This document shows, piece after piece, positions 1 through 8,742 of a DNA stretch of 24,000 nt (the first letter of the stretch is position 1; each line of letters opens with the position of its first letter). This DNA comes from Methanocellales archaeon (GTDB lineage: Archaea; Halobacteriota; UBA148). Below the pieces are notes generated by a model that did not search any database, was not told where the DNA came from, and was given only the letters and a program-made list of their open reading frames with translations. The position numbers were made by a program, and so were the translations under genes. Where the stretch lies: NCBI GenBank assembly GCA_028715545.1, contig JAQURP010000001.1, positions 1 through 24,000 on the forward strand, in the 5' to 3' direction.

Positions 1-622
1 CTTCAATCCAGCCATACCTCAAAACGAGTGATGAAATACTTTTTGAATTATAGGAATACTTTTTGTTTTTCTTTGTTTTTTCAAGTCTTTTTTGATCTTA
101 GTTTTATGGTCAAAAGCGCGAATACTAAACATCCAGCTATTAATCCTGCAGGAAATCCCACGAAAAATGAAAAGAAAATTCTGCTTTGAAGTAAGTCTGT
201 AACAATTATGGTTACCGCTATAAAAACCGAGAAAGATATGAATAGGTTTTTGAGTGTTCGTACTGCCGAATTATTATTCTTTTTTGTTTTTGTTTGGCGT
301 TCATTTCATTGTAATCAATTGAAATTTAATTCTTTAAAAAACTTTTTTCAAGGGAAGACTCCGAGTAATATTTTATAACTTATAATGATGAAAGAAGTTT
401 TTGCAATAGCAACAATTTGTATGTGAACAAGCAGGTTGGCAAAGTTTACACTAACTTCAAATACAAAAAATAAATACTTGCTATTTGGGCGTCAAAAGTA
501 CTGAAGATTCAGAATAAACTGTTCAAAGTGATTTTTAGTTTTTAAAAAAACCGTGGGATGCGAGTAATGTACTGTCATGTATTTATTGTATACTCTTAAG
601 TTTACAGAAATTTAGTACTGTA

Positions 623-928
623 TTATAGGGGTTCGATTTTATCCCTCACTTGTTGACGTACCGGCGTATCCCCATGTTTTTTTATGTAATCCATGATCCA
701 TAAACCAAGCTCTCTTGCCTCTGCCTCTCCCCGTTTCTCCAACACCATGTTAAGGGCATCTCTGTACATCCCTTTCTGCCTGGAAAAACCTCGGCGATCG
801 ATATTCATCTCCACTACCAATTTATCGATCGTTTGAATGGATTCGTCGACCACACTTTTCTTATCAGTAATTTTCCCCTTATCAGCACTAAATAACTTCT
901 TGATCGCATCAACAAGTCTATCAACCAT
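623..928 (-). CDS. small hypothetical protein (101 aa from ATG at 928; the track ORF extends to a TTG at 949)
   Basis: Open frame 623-949. The ATG at 928 is preceded by GGAGG (plus-strand cctcc at 936-940) with 7-nt spacing, so the shorter start is preferred. Charged, helical-looking sequence with no motif I recognise. Confidence 0.5.
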   Translation of the reverse strand: MVDRLVDAIKKLFSADKGKITDKKSVVDESIQTIDKLVVEMNIDRRGFSRQKGMYRDALNMVLEKRGEAEARELGLWIMDYIKKHGDTPVRQQVRDKIEPL

Positions 929-1228
929 TTGAATGCCTCCATTTTTCAATTGTATTTAAACAATAAATATTTACTGTGTTATAAGATTTACTATGTCCTA
1001 GGTAGTTAAGCAAGTGAGTTTTCACATGATAAGTCCATTAATTGGGCATTATTACAATTTCATTCAAGACTTTTGCATTTTTAAGATAAAAGATGTTTAC
1101 ATTTAGTTAATTTTTGACTTTGTACTATTTATTTTTTAACGGTATCGTGGTATTGGTCACTAATAAAAACTAATTCAATAAAGATGGTGGTTTGCTGGCA
1201 TGCTTAAGAACGGGTCCATTAATCAAAA

Positions 1229-1987
1229 TTATAAAAAATCAATATTTACGACACCAAGAATGGATAGTAACATAATCAATATCGGTTGATGAATTAAGTA
1301 AATTAATAATGAGTGCCTACCTAAAAAGCAAAATAATCTTATAAAAGAAAAATTAGACATGTCCCAAAGGTTAAATTTCCGTGTATGGTTAGCATATAAC
1401 AGATTTCCAATAAATAACCCGATTAAAATAACTCCAAACCAAGGGAAAATTGGAAAGTAATCAACAGTATAAAAGATATCTGGCTTGAATCCCAGCCAAA
1501 TCAACCAAGAGAAGCCAAAGGTAAACTTCTTCAAATACATTCCAATAGATGTGAAAATAATCCCCATCAACAGATTCCAAGATCTGAGTTTTAAAAAGGG
1601 ATATGCCAGGATAATTGATACCCCAACAAGGTGAAGTACGCCGAAAATAATAAAACCCCTCCTCAAAAAAATCCAAGTCATTAGGGTGATGATTAATCCC
1701 CATGCAAATGTCTTCAGACCTCTTCTCAAATACTTTGGATATAAGTTGGATTTTGGATTCAGCATCCTTGCTCTTGAATAACTGAGGGTTAAGGAAATGC
1801 CCACTAAAAGAATAAAAATGGTGGCTGTTGTGCGTGCAAAATACCACCAGAAGCCAGAGTTTATGTTAATATTATACACGTTAAAAAAATATAAATCATA
1901 GAGTAGGTGGTAGACTATCATCATGATGATGGCAAGTCCCCGTAAAAAATCTATTTCCCAAAATCGCGTTTCCAAATTTTTATCCAT
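1229..1987 (-). CDS. polytopic membrane protein, DUF1624 / heparan-alpha-glucosaminide N-acetyltransferase-like family
   Basis: The N-terminal signature RFWEIDFLRGLAIIMMIVYH (R..ID..RG.A...M...H) is characteristic of the DUF1624 family. Multiple hydrophobic segments run through all 252 aa. The internal ORF 1461-1847 is an alternate-frame shadow. Confidence 0.75.
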   Translation of the reverse strand: MDKNLETRFWEIDFLRGLAIIMMIVYHLLYDLYFFNVYNININSGFWWYFARTTATIFILLVGISLTLSYSRARMLNPKSNLYPKYLRRGLKTFAWGLIITLMTWIFLRRGFIIFGVLHLVGVSIILAYPFLKLRSWNLLMGIIFTSIGMYLKKFTFGFSWLIWLGFKPDIFYTVDYFPIFPWFGVILIGLFIGNLLYANHTRKFNLWDMSNFSFIRLFCFLGRHSLLIYLIHQPILIMLLSILGVVNIDFL

Positions 1988-2010
1988 TAAAATAAATTAG
2001 AAATTAAAGA

Positions 2011-2020
2011 ATATATAAAT
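2011..2020 (-). promoter_or_regulatory. TATA-like box (minus strand ATTTATATAT) about 24 nt upstream of the DUF1624 ATG
   Basis: A/T box at the spacing expected for an archaeal promoter driving a leaderless or near-leaderless mRNA. No Shine-Dalgarno motif lies between it and the ATG at 1987. Confidence 0.35.
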
Positions 2021-2108
2021 TGTCAGTTTATTTTGATGTATTTTTGGTGAAGTTGAGAAATATGGTGTTTGCCTGCTTTGGATAATCTTGGTACTACGGG
2101 GCTCACAT

Positions 2109-2155
2109 AAAAATTTGGTAGGCAGGGAGGTTTGCGTATAACCCTCCAGCTGCCT
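2109..2155 (-). terminator. stem-loop plus T5 tract downstream of the propeller gene
   Basis: Plus strand AGGCAG-GGAGG (2120-2130) pairs with CCTCC (2143-2147) and CTGCCT (2150-2155). On the minus strand the hairpin is followed after 6 nt by TTTTT (plus A5 at 2109-2113). It lies about 40 nt past the stop at 2194. Confidence 0.45.
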
Positions 2156-2193
2156 GTTTAAGGGGGCTACCCTATACTGCTTATTGGCGCTGA

Positions 2194-3477
2194 TCACTTT
2201 ATCCCATTCAGTTTAAACACATAAGCTGCCCCTTCGTCGCAGGTTGGATTGTCAGCAAACTGCGCTCCTACAGCGATAGCATTGCCATGAGCCGAAAGGG
2301 AATGGCCAAATTCATCGCCTGCCCCTCCATTGGATGCTAAGAGCTTGGTAACTTCCACCCATTGGTTATCCGCTCGACGGAAAAGATACACGGCTCCTTG
2401 GTCAGGATTCATATCAATGTCTACCCTGCGCGCTCCGACTGCAATGAAGTTTCCGTCCATGGCTACAGAGTGACCGAATTCATCGCCTCCCTTTGCATCA
2501 CTTGCCATGAGTTTAGCAGTCTCAGTCCATCCGCTTTTTGTTTTACTAAATATGTAGGCAGCGCCAGCATCCTTAAGACCTTGAGGGTCTGATCTACGAG
2601 CTCCGACTACAATCACATTTCCCTGAGTGGCAAGGTTAAACGCGAATTGATCTCCCTTTGCGCCGTCACTCGCTGTCAACTTTGCTGTCTCAACCCATTC
2701 GTTGGCAAGCCCCTGAAAGATATAGACAGCTCCGCAAGCCTTCGCCGTGGGACTGTCAGCATCCCGAGCTCCCACCGCTATCATGTCATTATCCATTATG
2801 GCCACTGATTGTCCAAATCTGGCATCGATCGTGCCATCGCTTGCAGTGATTCTAGCCTCTTCAGTCCAGCTACCGCCTGTTCGGCGAAACACATATGCTG
2901 CCCCTTCATTTTCCTCTGAAACATCCTCCTTTCGAGCTGTCACCACCAAAAGGTCCCCGTGCAGAGCAACTGCCCGACCAAAGTTATCTTCGGGAGATCC
3001 ATCGCTTGCATTTAGCTTTTGATCAAAAATCCATGACCCACCTATGTTGCGGAATATGTAGGCAGCGCCCGCTCTTTCGACATCTCCACTCGTGGCAAAG
3101 CGGGCACCAACCACTATGGTGTTTCCTTCAATAGCTACGACTCGTCCGAATTCTGACCCTATGGTCGGATCAGGTGCAATTAGCTTTGCCTCTAAAACAT
3201 AAGCATTGCCCTGACGCTTAAACACATAAGCTGCCCCACAACCAAAAGCTTCTTCATCTGAGGCCTCTGGTGCTCCCACTACCACAAGGTTTTCTTCGAT
3301 GGCTATGGATCGACCCAATCTCGAATTTTCCATCAATTCACCGGGATTTAATTGAATCTCTGAGGTTGGATTTGCTGATGCGCTTTGTGGAACAATTGAG
3401 CTAATGGCTACAATAAGAAATACTATCAGCATTCGACTTATACGACTCATCCTGTTTGTCTTATCTTTTGTACTCAT
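2194..3477 (-). CDS. secreted or anchored seven-blade beta-propeller protein with FG-GAP-like repeats
   Basis: Seven tandem units of about 55 aa with the pattern (E/R/N)FG.S(V/L)A..G..(I/V)VVGA...........GAAY(V/I)F....G.W.E..KL.ASDG. An N-terminal hydrophobic segment ends in ASA (MSRISRMLIVFLIVAISSIVPQSASA). I prefer the ATG at 3477, which is preceded by GGTGA. The track start at 3522 sits too close to a TATA-like box (about 3531-3542) to lie inside the transcript. Confidence 0.8.
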   Translation of the reverse strand: MSTKDKTNRMSRISRMLIVFLIVAISSIVPQSASANPTSEIQLNPGELMENSRLGRSIAIEENLVVVGAPEASDEEAFGCGAAYVFKRQGNAYVLEAKLIAPDPTIGSEFGRVVAIEGNTIVVGARFATSGDVERAGAAYIFRNIGGSWIFDQKLNASDGSPEDNFGRAVALHGDLLVVTARKEDVSEENEGAAYVFRRTGGSWTEEARITASDGTIDARFGQSVAIMDNDMIAVGARDADSPTAKACGAVYIFQGLANEWVETAKLTASDGAKGDQFAFNLATQGNVIVVGARRSDPQGLKDAGAAYIFSKTKSGWTETAKLMASDAKGGDEFGHSVAMDGNFIAVGARRVDIDMNPDQGAVYLFRRADNQWVEVTKLLASNGGAGDEFGHSLSAHGNAIAVGAQFADNPTCDEGAAYVFKLNGIK

Positions 3478-3924
3478 TTTTTCACCATTCCATTTTTCAT
3501 CTTTTAGTAATATTTGCTCCATATAAACGATAAGAATATATAAACATAACGTTTAGTTATATTAAACAATGGTTGGTATCACTAACGAAAATTTGATCGA
3601 TATCTGGGCTGGGGTTTATTTGGATTTCTTTTAATACAGCGGATATATTGTCTTAATTACATATGGGTGGTTTTAGCTCGGTTTTTATATTGAGATGGAA
3701 AAAAGAAATAATTGGCATTAAATTCAGTGCAGGTGGTTTTATAATAATTTATGGAGAACCATTGGTGATACTTGAATTGACTAGGATTGTTTTTAGGGAG
3801 TAGATATTTTGGGTAGGTGTTTAAAGAAAAGATATTCTTTTGATGTCATATCGATTATTTCCATGTGTACTCCATATATATTGATTGCAACGAGTCAAAA
3901 AATATATAGAAATAAACTATTTGG

Positions 3925-3958
3925 GGTATGAAAAATGCCGAGGTATGAAAAATGCCGA
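3925..3958. repeat. perfect 17-bp tandem duplication (GGTATGAAAAATGCCGA x2) spanning the tautomerase start codon
   Basis: Positions 3925-3941 and 3942-3958 are identical on direct reading. Confidence 0.95.
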
Positions 3959-4143
3959 TAATTGATGTAAATGTCTGGGACTGCTTTGGAGAAGAACGAG
4001 CTAAAACCGCGATTCAAGAAATTACAAGAGTTTTTGTAGATTTGGGTATTCCTGAAAATGCTATAGAAATAATCGTACATGAAATCCCAAAGTAACATTG
4101 GGGAGTTGGTGGAGAACCTGCTTCAGAAAAATTTCAAAGATAG
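3952..4143 (+). pseudogene. 4-oxalocrotonate tautomerase family gene interrupted by an in-frame TAA
   Basis: Manual translation gives MPIIDVNVWDCFGEERAKTAIQEITRVFVDLGIPENAIEIIVHEIPK*HWGVGGEPASEKFQR*. This shows the catalytic Pro after Met and the family-typical E.PK..WG.GG C-terminus. A TAA at 4093-4095 sits where homologs carry a sense codon, and the frame continues to a TAG at 4141-4143. The gene is absent from the ORF track because each piece is under 60 aa. Confidence 0.6.
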
Positions 4144-4237
4144 AAAAACGAGGATAATGGGTAATCCTACAATTCACTAGGTAAATACCGCTTTCTTTTT
4201 AACAATTTTTAACTCTTTATTGTGGCATCATACCGAA

Positions 4238-4248
4238 AAATATTATAA
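4238..4248 (+). promoter_or_regulatory. TATA-like box (AAATATTATAA) with a purine-rich BRE-like CGAAAAA, 23 nt upstream of the mat ATG
   Basis: Spacing fits a leaderless mRNA. There is no Shine-Dalgarno motif before 4271. Confidence 0.35.
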
Positions 4249-4270
4249 CTCATGATGCATTTTTGAAGCG

Positions 4271-5458
4271 ATGAAAAGAAATATCAGGGTAGAGCCAATC
4301 AATCAAACTCCCATTGAAATGCATAGAACTGAGCTAGTCGAAAGAAAGGGAATCGGGCATCCTGATTCAATATGTGATGGGATTGCTGAGGCTGTGAGCA
4401 GAGCACTGTCACGTGAATACTTGAATCGGTTTGGCAGAATCCTGCATCACAATACGGACCAAGTTGAATTAGTGGGAGGAGAATCGAATCCCTTCTATGG
4501 TGGCGGTGAAGTGATAAAACCCATCTTCATCCTGATCAGTGGAAGAGCGACCTCTTATGTCGGTGAGGCGAAGATACCCATTGGAGTGATAGCCCATGAA
4601 ACAGCAAGGGAATATCTGGCACAAAACATTAGGAATCTAAAACCTTCTCATGTTGTACTTGATCAGCGGATAGGCCAGGGTTCCGTTGACCTCATAAACA
4701 TTTTCGAGAGAGGAAAGGTCCCTAATGCGAATGATACCTCTTTTGGTGTCGGCCATGCCCCCTTTTCAGAAACAGAGCTAGTTGTGTATAATGCAGAGCG
4801 AGCCATGATGAATTTAAGAGAGAAGATACCGGCAATTGGAGAGGATATAAAAGTAATGGGCTTGCGAGTCAAAGATCACATCACCCTTACCGTCGCTAAC
4901 GCCATTATTTCGAAATATGTGGATGATCTAGAGCATTATAAGATGATAAAAAAAGAGATTGGTGAGCATGTCCTAAATACAGCGATGCAGCACACTAAGC
5001 GCGATGTGTCTGTAGCTGTAAATATAGCGGATGATTATTCCACAGGTTCGGTATATCTAACTGTGACTGGCACTTCAGCAGAAATGGGTGATGACGGCTC
5101 TGTGGGTAGAGGTAATAGGTCCAATGGGTTGATCACGCCTAATAGATCGATGAGTTTGGAGGCAACAAGCGGCAAGAACCCAGTCAGTCATGTGGGAAAA
5201 ATATACAATTTGTTATCCACTCAAATGGCACAGTATATCGCAAAATTGTATGGCGTTGAGGAAGTCTATGTACACATTCTATCCCAGATCGGAAAGCCTA
5301 TAGACGATCCAATGATCGTTGACGCCCAGATAATACTGAAAAAAGGAATCACCCTAGAAAAAATCAAGCCAGAGGTCAAAAGCATCATCGACGATTGGTT
5401 GTCGGAAATAACACAGATCACTGAGATGGTGGTAAAAGGGGAGCTGGGCACTTTTTAG
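4271..5458 (+). CDS. mat: archaeal-type S-adenosylmethionine synthetase (methionine adenosyltransferase)
   Basis: Near-collinear with the archaeal MAT family as I recall it from Methanocaldococcus: [118 protein letters not shown]. Confidence 0.97.
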   Translation: MKRNIRVEPINQTPIEMHRTELVERKGIGHPDSICDGIAEAVSRALSREYLNRFGRILHHNTDQVELVGGESNPFYGGGEVIKPIFILISGRATSYVGEAKIPIGVIAHETAREYLAQNIRNLKPSHVVLDQRIGQGSVDLINIFERGKVPNANDTSFGVGHAPFSETELVVYNAERAMMNLREKIPAIGEDIKVMGLRVKDHITLTVANAIISKYVDDLEHYKMIKKEIGEHVLNTAMQHTKRDVSVAVNIADDYSTGSVYLTVTGTSAEMGDDGSVGRGNRSNGLITPNRSMSLEATSGKNPVSHVGKIYNLLSTQMAQYIAKLYGVEEVYVHILSQIGKPIDDPMIVDAQIILKKGITLEKIKPEVKSIIDDWLSEITQITEMVVKGELGTF

Positions 5459-6663
5459 ACCTTTTTTTTATATTCTAGGATCAATGACTCCACCTTCTCA
5501 GCCCTATTTTTCCTCACATTTTCATGCCATTTTTGGATTGCCAGATCTAGTATGCTCTGGTCTACAACGGCAAAATCTGTAATTCTATGGATATTCACGT
5601 CCTTCGTGGGGATTATAGGGATACCCATGTTAATAAACCGTTTTTCTGCAGCATGGGACATTTCATTTTGGGTGACCACTGCCCTAATTCCTTTGCTTAT
5701 AACTAAGTCTGCCGTGGTTTGGCTACCACCACTTGCATCTTCTAAGAATATAACCTCCCCTTTTTTGAGTCCATACTTGGCTTCAGTCTCTAAAATTGAA
5801 TCCCTTGTGAATGAGGATATCACCTTTAAGGGCCTCTTCTCTCCAAAAAAATCCAATGTTTGGGCATATTTTAATTGATCTATTTGATTGGATAACAGGG
5901 ATATACTTCTATCTTTTTTTAGCAGTTCTTTTTTTAGCCGAGAGATCTCTTTGTCTCTGCGTTCAATCTCTCTTGCTTTCCTTAGTGCTCTCTGGTCTTT
6001 GAATTTTATGCCATCCACTAGGCTAACAAGTTCATTGATCCGATCGTCTTTTTTGTTTATCTGGGATTGCAGTTCGTCAACATATTCTCTAAGTCTAGAT
6101 ATCTGTTTTTCCTGACGATGGATTATCTTTTGTAGCTCTAAAACTTGCTTGTTGATGGTTTTTACTTCTTTTTTTTTGACCTCTTTTACCTTATTAGGTC
6201 TAGATAACTGGGAAATGGCAGCGTCGATCGAGCATCCGCGGAGGACCAGTGCCTTCACTTCATCTGCATCCATGCCGATAGGCGTTTTCTTTTCGATATG
6301 GGTGAATTTGTTTTTGCAGTCTTTGTATGCCCATAGGGCTGCAGCCAATGCATCTCTTTCATGTTCATTGCAGCATCTGAAAGGCTTTGCTAAGTTGATC
6401 TTCTCCTCTGTTGTCAGTGAATCACTTGGCAAGAATAGGACTGCGTTGAATGCCCGCTTGACTTTTTCAACAGTGTTTGGTACAGGCGTTACATCAGAGG
6501 CTATGATCAGCGGTCGCCCATATCTGGTTATATGCTCAATCACATCTGATATGGAAACCACCCTGGAACTGAATAGGTTAACGAGTCCTCCTCTTATGTC
6601 AAGAATTGCAACTGCAGTGGTCGTGCCAGGGTCTATTCCAACGATGAGATAACCATTTTGCAC
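5455..6663 (-). CDS. DUF460-family protein (RNase H-like fold N-terminal domain plus long coiled coil)
   Basis: The N-terminal LIVGIDPGTTTAVAILD motif is typical of the archaeal DUF460 family (a predicted RuvC/YqgF-like nuclease fold). The central part, roughly aa 165-265, is heptad-like and Lys/Glu/Arg-rich. Start codon is GTG at 6663. Confidence 0.85.
   Translation of the reverse strand: MQNGYLIVGIDPGTTTAVAILDIRGGLVNLFSSRVVSISDVIEHITRYGRPLIIASDVTPVPNTVEKVKRAFNAVLFLPSDSLTTEEKINLAKPFRCCNEHERDALAAALWAYKDCKNKFTHIEKKTPIGMDADEVKALVLRGCSIDAAISQLSRPNKVKEVKKKEVKTINKQVLELQKIIHRQEKQISRLREYVDELQSQINKKDDRINELVSLVDGIKFKDQRALRKAREIERRDKEISRLKKELLKKDRSISLLSNQIDQLKYAQTLDFFGEKRPLKVISSFTRDSILETEAKYGLKKGEVIFLEDASGGSQTTADLVISKGIRAVVTQNEMSHAAEKRFINMGIPIIPTKDVNIHRITDFAVVDQSILDLAIQKWHENVRKNRAEKVESLILEYKKKV
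5462..5469 (+). terminator. T8 tract 4 nt after the mat stop codon
   Basis: TTTTTTTT at 5462-5469. Oligo-T is the archaeal intrinsic termination signal. On the opposite strand the same bases encode the KKK of the DUF460 C-terminus. Confidence 0.45.
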
Positions 6664-6703
6664 ATACTATTATTTAGTGGATTATGATAAAGATAGCTTT
6701 GCT

Positions 6704-7612
6704 ATGAGATGCGACAAGTGTTATCATACGGCAATCATTCACCAAAAATACTCTGGCATGCATTTGTGCAAGAGGCATTTCGAGAAAGATGTTGAGCGAA
6801 AGGTCAAGCATAGCATTCGAAGATACAAGCTGATTGAACGAGGGGATATAATCGTATTTGCACTAAGTGGTGGCAAGGATAGCACAGTTGTGTTGCATAT
6901 AATCCACTCTTTATTCAAGGATCACCCCGGTATACAGTTGATAGCGATATCGGTCGATGAAGGCATTCATGGCTACAGAGAGAAAACGCTGAAAACGGCG
7001 AAGCAGGTTTGCAAGAAACTTAACATTCGGCACGAGATAGTCTCCTTTGAGGATCAATTTGGGTTGACACTGGATCAAATGGCGGTTCTTGGGGAAAGAG
7101 CACCTTGCACTTACTGTGGGGTTTTTCGCAGGGTGATCTTAAACAGGACCGCTAAAGCCTTGGGTGCGACCAAACTGGCAACCGGGCATTGCTTAGATGA
7201 TGAGGCACAAACAGTGCTAATGAACTTGTTAAGAGGGGATATAGAGCGATTGGTCAGGCTTATGCCGACAAAAAAACCCGGACTGGTGCCACGAATTAAG
7301 CCGCTGAGAAATGTGCCGGAAAAAGAGGTTGCGCTTTATGCGCTCTTGAAAGAGCTACCCGTCTTATTTGACGCGTGTCCTTATGCACATCTGTCTCTAA
7401 GGGCAGAAATACGTGACATGCTAAATGTCTTCGAGGTCAAGCATCCTAGCACCAAGTACTCGTTGATGAAGAGCTTTGACATTTTGATCAAATCATTAAA
7501 AAAAGAAATGGAGGAAGTCGACCTCCAGCGATGCGAGATCTGTGGAGAGCCGACTATGGGCAGCATGTGTCAAGCATGTAAGTTACTAAAAATCATCGAA
7601 TCACGTCGATGA
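6704..7612 (+). CDS. tRNA 2-thiolation PP-loop ATPase, TtuA/NcsA(Ctu1) family
   Basis: PP-loop SGGKDS. N-terminal zinc finger CDKC...CKRH and C-terminal CEIC...CQAC. Conserved CTYCGVFRR and [10 protein letters not shown] blocks, plus a CPYA Cys consistent with a 3-Cys Fe-S site. The track ORF begins at GTG 6677. The ATG at 6704 (MRCDKC...) matches the family N-terminus and lies 27 nt from a TATA-like TATTATTTAG. Confidence 0.85.
   Translation: MRCDKCYHTAIIHQKYSGMHLCKRHFEKDVERKVKHSIRRYKLIERGDIIVFALSGGKDSTVVLHIIHSLFKDHPGIQLIAISVDEGIHGYREKTLKTAKQVCKKLNIRHEIVSFEDQFGLTLDQMAVLGERAPCTYCGVFRRVILNRTAKALGATKLATGHCLDDEAQTVLMNLLRGDIERLVRLMPTKKPGLVPRIKPLRNVPEKEVALYALLKELPVLFDACPYAHLSLRAEIRDMLNVFEVKHPSTKYSLMKSFDILIKSLKKEMEEVDLQRCEICGEPTMGSMCQACKLLKIIESRR
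7588..7592 (-). terminator. T5 tract immediately after the ftsZ stop codon (minus strand)
   Basis: Plus-strand AAAAA at 7588-7592 reads as TGA-TTTTT on the minus strand. It lies inside the 3' coding end of the thiolase gene. Confidence 0.35.
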
Positions 7613-8684
7613 CCGGTCCGTATGCAAGCTCACGCGTACATATCCCAACACTGGGTCCTAGTACTTGGGCGGATCGAACTCCCGTCATGATTGCCATGAC
7701 CTTGACTTTGCCAGCATAATTTTCGTCAACCCGTGAACCCCAGATCAGGTTGGCCTTTGGATCGATTTCCTTTGTCAGAGTTGCAGCTATTTCTTCCGCT
7801 TCCCGTAATGTGAGATCCGGTCCACCTGTGATGTGAATCAAGGCTCCGGTTGCACTTCTATAATCTACGTCTAACAATGGGTGGTTTAATACAGCTTTTA
7901 CCACTGAATGGGATTTGTCTTGGCTCTGGGCCTCACCAACCAGCATGACTGCAACGCCACCGCAGTGCATGATTGACTTGACGTCTGCATAATCAAGATT
8001 GATCAGCGATGGCAACGTGATCGTTTCAGATATGCCTTTTACAGTCTCTGATATAAGTTGATCCATCACTGAGAAGGCCTGGTCTATTGGAACGTTTGGC
8101 ACATAATTCAAGAGCCTATTGTTATCTAATATAACAACAGTATCTGCTGCGCGTCTCAGTTCCTCGATGCCTTGTTCTGCTAAAACCCTCCTTGTCCTCT
8201 CTATTTTGAATGGGAACGACACCATTCCGACCACTATGGCCCCCTCATCTTTTGCAACTTCTGCAACGACTGGGGCTGAACCTGTACCAGTGCCGCCTCC
8301 CATGCCAGCAGTGATAAAAACAAGATCTGTGTCTTTCAAAGCATCTTCTAACAACATCCTGTCTAACTCAGCAGCCTGTCTCCCTATATGTGGGAATCCG
8401 CCGGCACCAAGGCCCTTAGTGAGTGATCTGCCGATTAAAATCTTTTTACATCCATTATTCGGAATTAACTCCAAGTGTTGTTTGTCGGTGTTTACAGCTA
8501 TAGTTTCAGCGCCTACAACGCCTATGCTGCACAGTCTTTTGATCGTGTTGTTTCCTGCTCCACCACAACCGACAATTGCTATTCGTGGCGTTCCGACATC
8601 CTTAAAACTGCTAATTGTGTCTCGCTCTTGCTCAATCTCAGAATATCTAAAAGCATCTTCTATAATAGATTGCATTTTTTCCAT
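7593..8684 (-). CDS. ftsZ: cell division GTPase FtsZ
   Basis: GCGGAGNNT nucleotide-binding N-terminus, tubulin signature [13 protein letters not shown], and FPF..E...R...A..GI..L....DT...LDNN.L. Confidence 0.93.
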   Translation of the reverse strand: MEKMQSIIEDAFRYSEIEQERDTISSFKDVGTPRIAIVGCGGAGNNTIKRLCSIGVVGAETIAVNTDKQHLELIPNNGCKKILIGRSLTKGLGAGGFPHIGRQAAELDRMLLEDALKDTDLVFITAGMGGGTGTGSAPVVAEVAKDEGAIVVGMVSFPFKIERTRRVLAEQGIEELRRAADTVVILDNNRLLNYVPNVPIDQAFSVMDQLISETVKGISETITLPSLINLDYADVKSIMHCGGVAVMLVGEAQSQDKSHSVVKAVLNHPLLDVDYRSATGALIHITGGPDLTLREAEEIAATLTKEIDPKANLIWGSRVDENYAGKVKVMAIMTGVRSAQVLGPSVGICTRELAYGPVIDVIR

Positions 8685-8712
8685 CCCCCGTCAATCTTGT
8701 CTGTACTGCTAG

Positions 8713-8720
8713 CATATAAA
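8713..8720 (-). promoter_or_regulatory. TATA-like box (minus strand TTTATATG) 29 nt upstream of the ftsZ ATG
   Basis: A/T box at canonical distance, preceded by the purine-rich AACAAAAAG. Confidence 0.35.
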
Positions 8721-8742
8721 CTTTTTGTTATTGTATCCAAAG

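Noticed and set aside
385-505. Possible C/D-box sRNA (ATGATGA at about 385, CTGA at about 502)
   Set aside because: The box spacing of about 115 nt is about twice that of archaeal C/D sRNAs. No C'/D' pair or terminal stem could be drawn.
1461-1847. 128-aa ORF nested in the DUF1624 gene on the same strand
   Set aside because: It is an alternate frame of a clearly coding membrane-protein gene. The hydrophilic, odd composition gives no support for a second product.
1997-2197. 66-aa minus-strand ORF between the propeller and DUF1624 genes
   Set aside because: It spans the terminator hairpin, the T-tract and the downstream promoter. It has no ribosome-binding site and a non-protein-like sequence.
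3663-3803. 46-codon plus-strand ORF (MGGFSSVFILRWKKE...) in the 430-nt intergenic region, and the twice-repeated GGTGGTTTTA motif there
   Set aside because: No Shine-Dalgarno motif or promoter spacing supports it, and no family resemblance. The 10-mer repeat is short enough to be chance in this region.
3895-4098. 67-aa minus-strand track ORF
   Set aside because: It is antisense to the much more convincing tautomerase-family reading frame on the plus strand.
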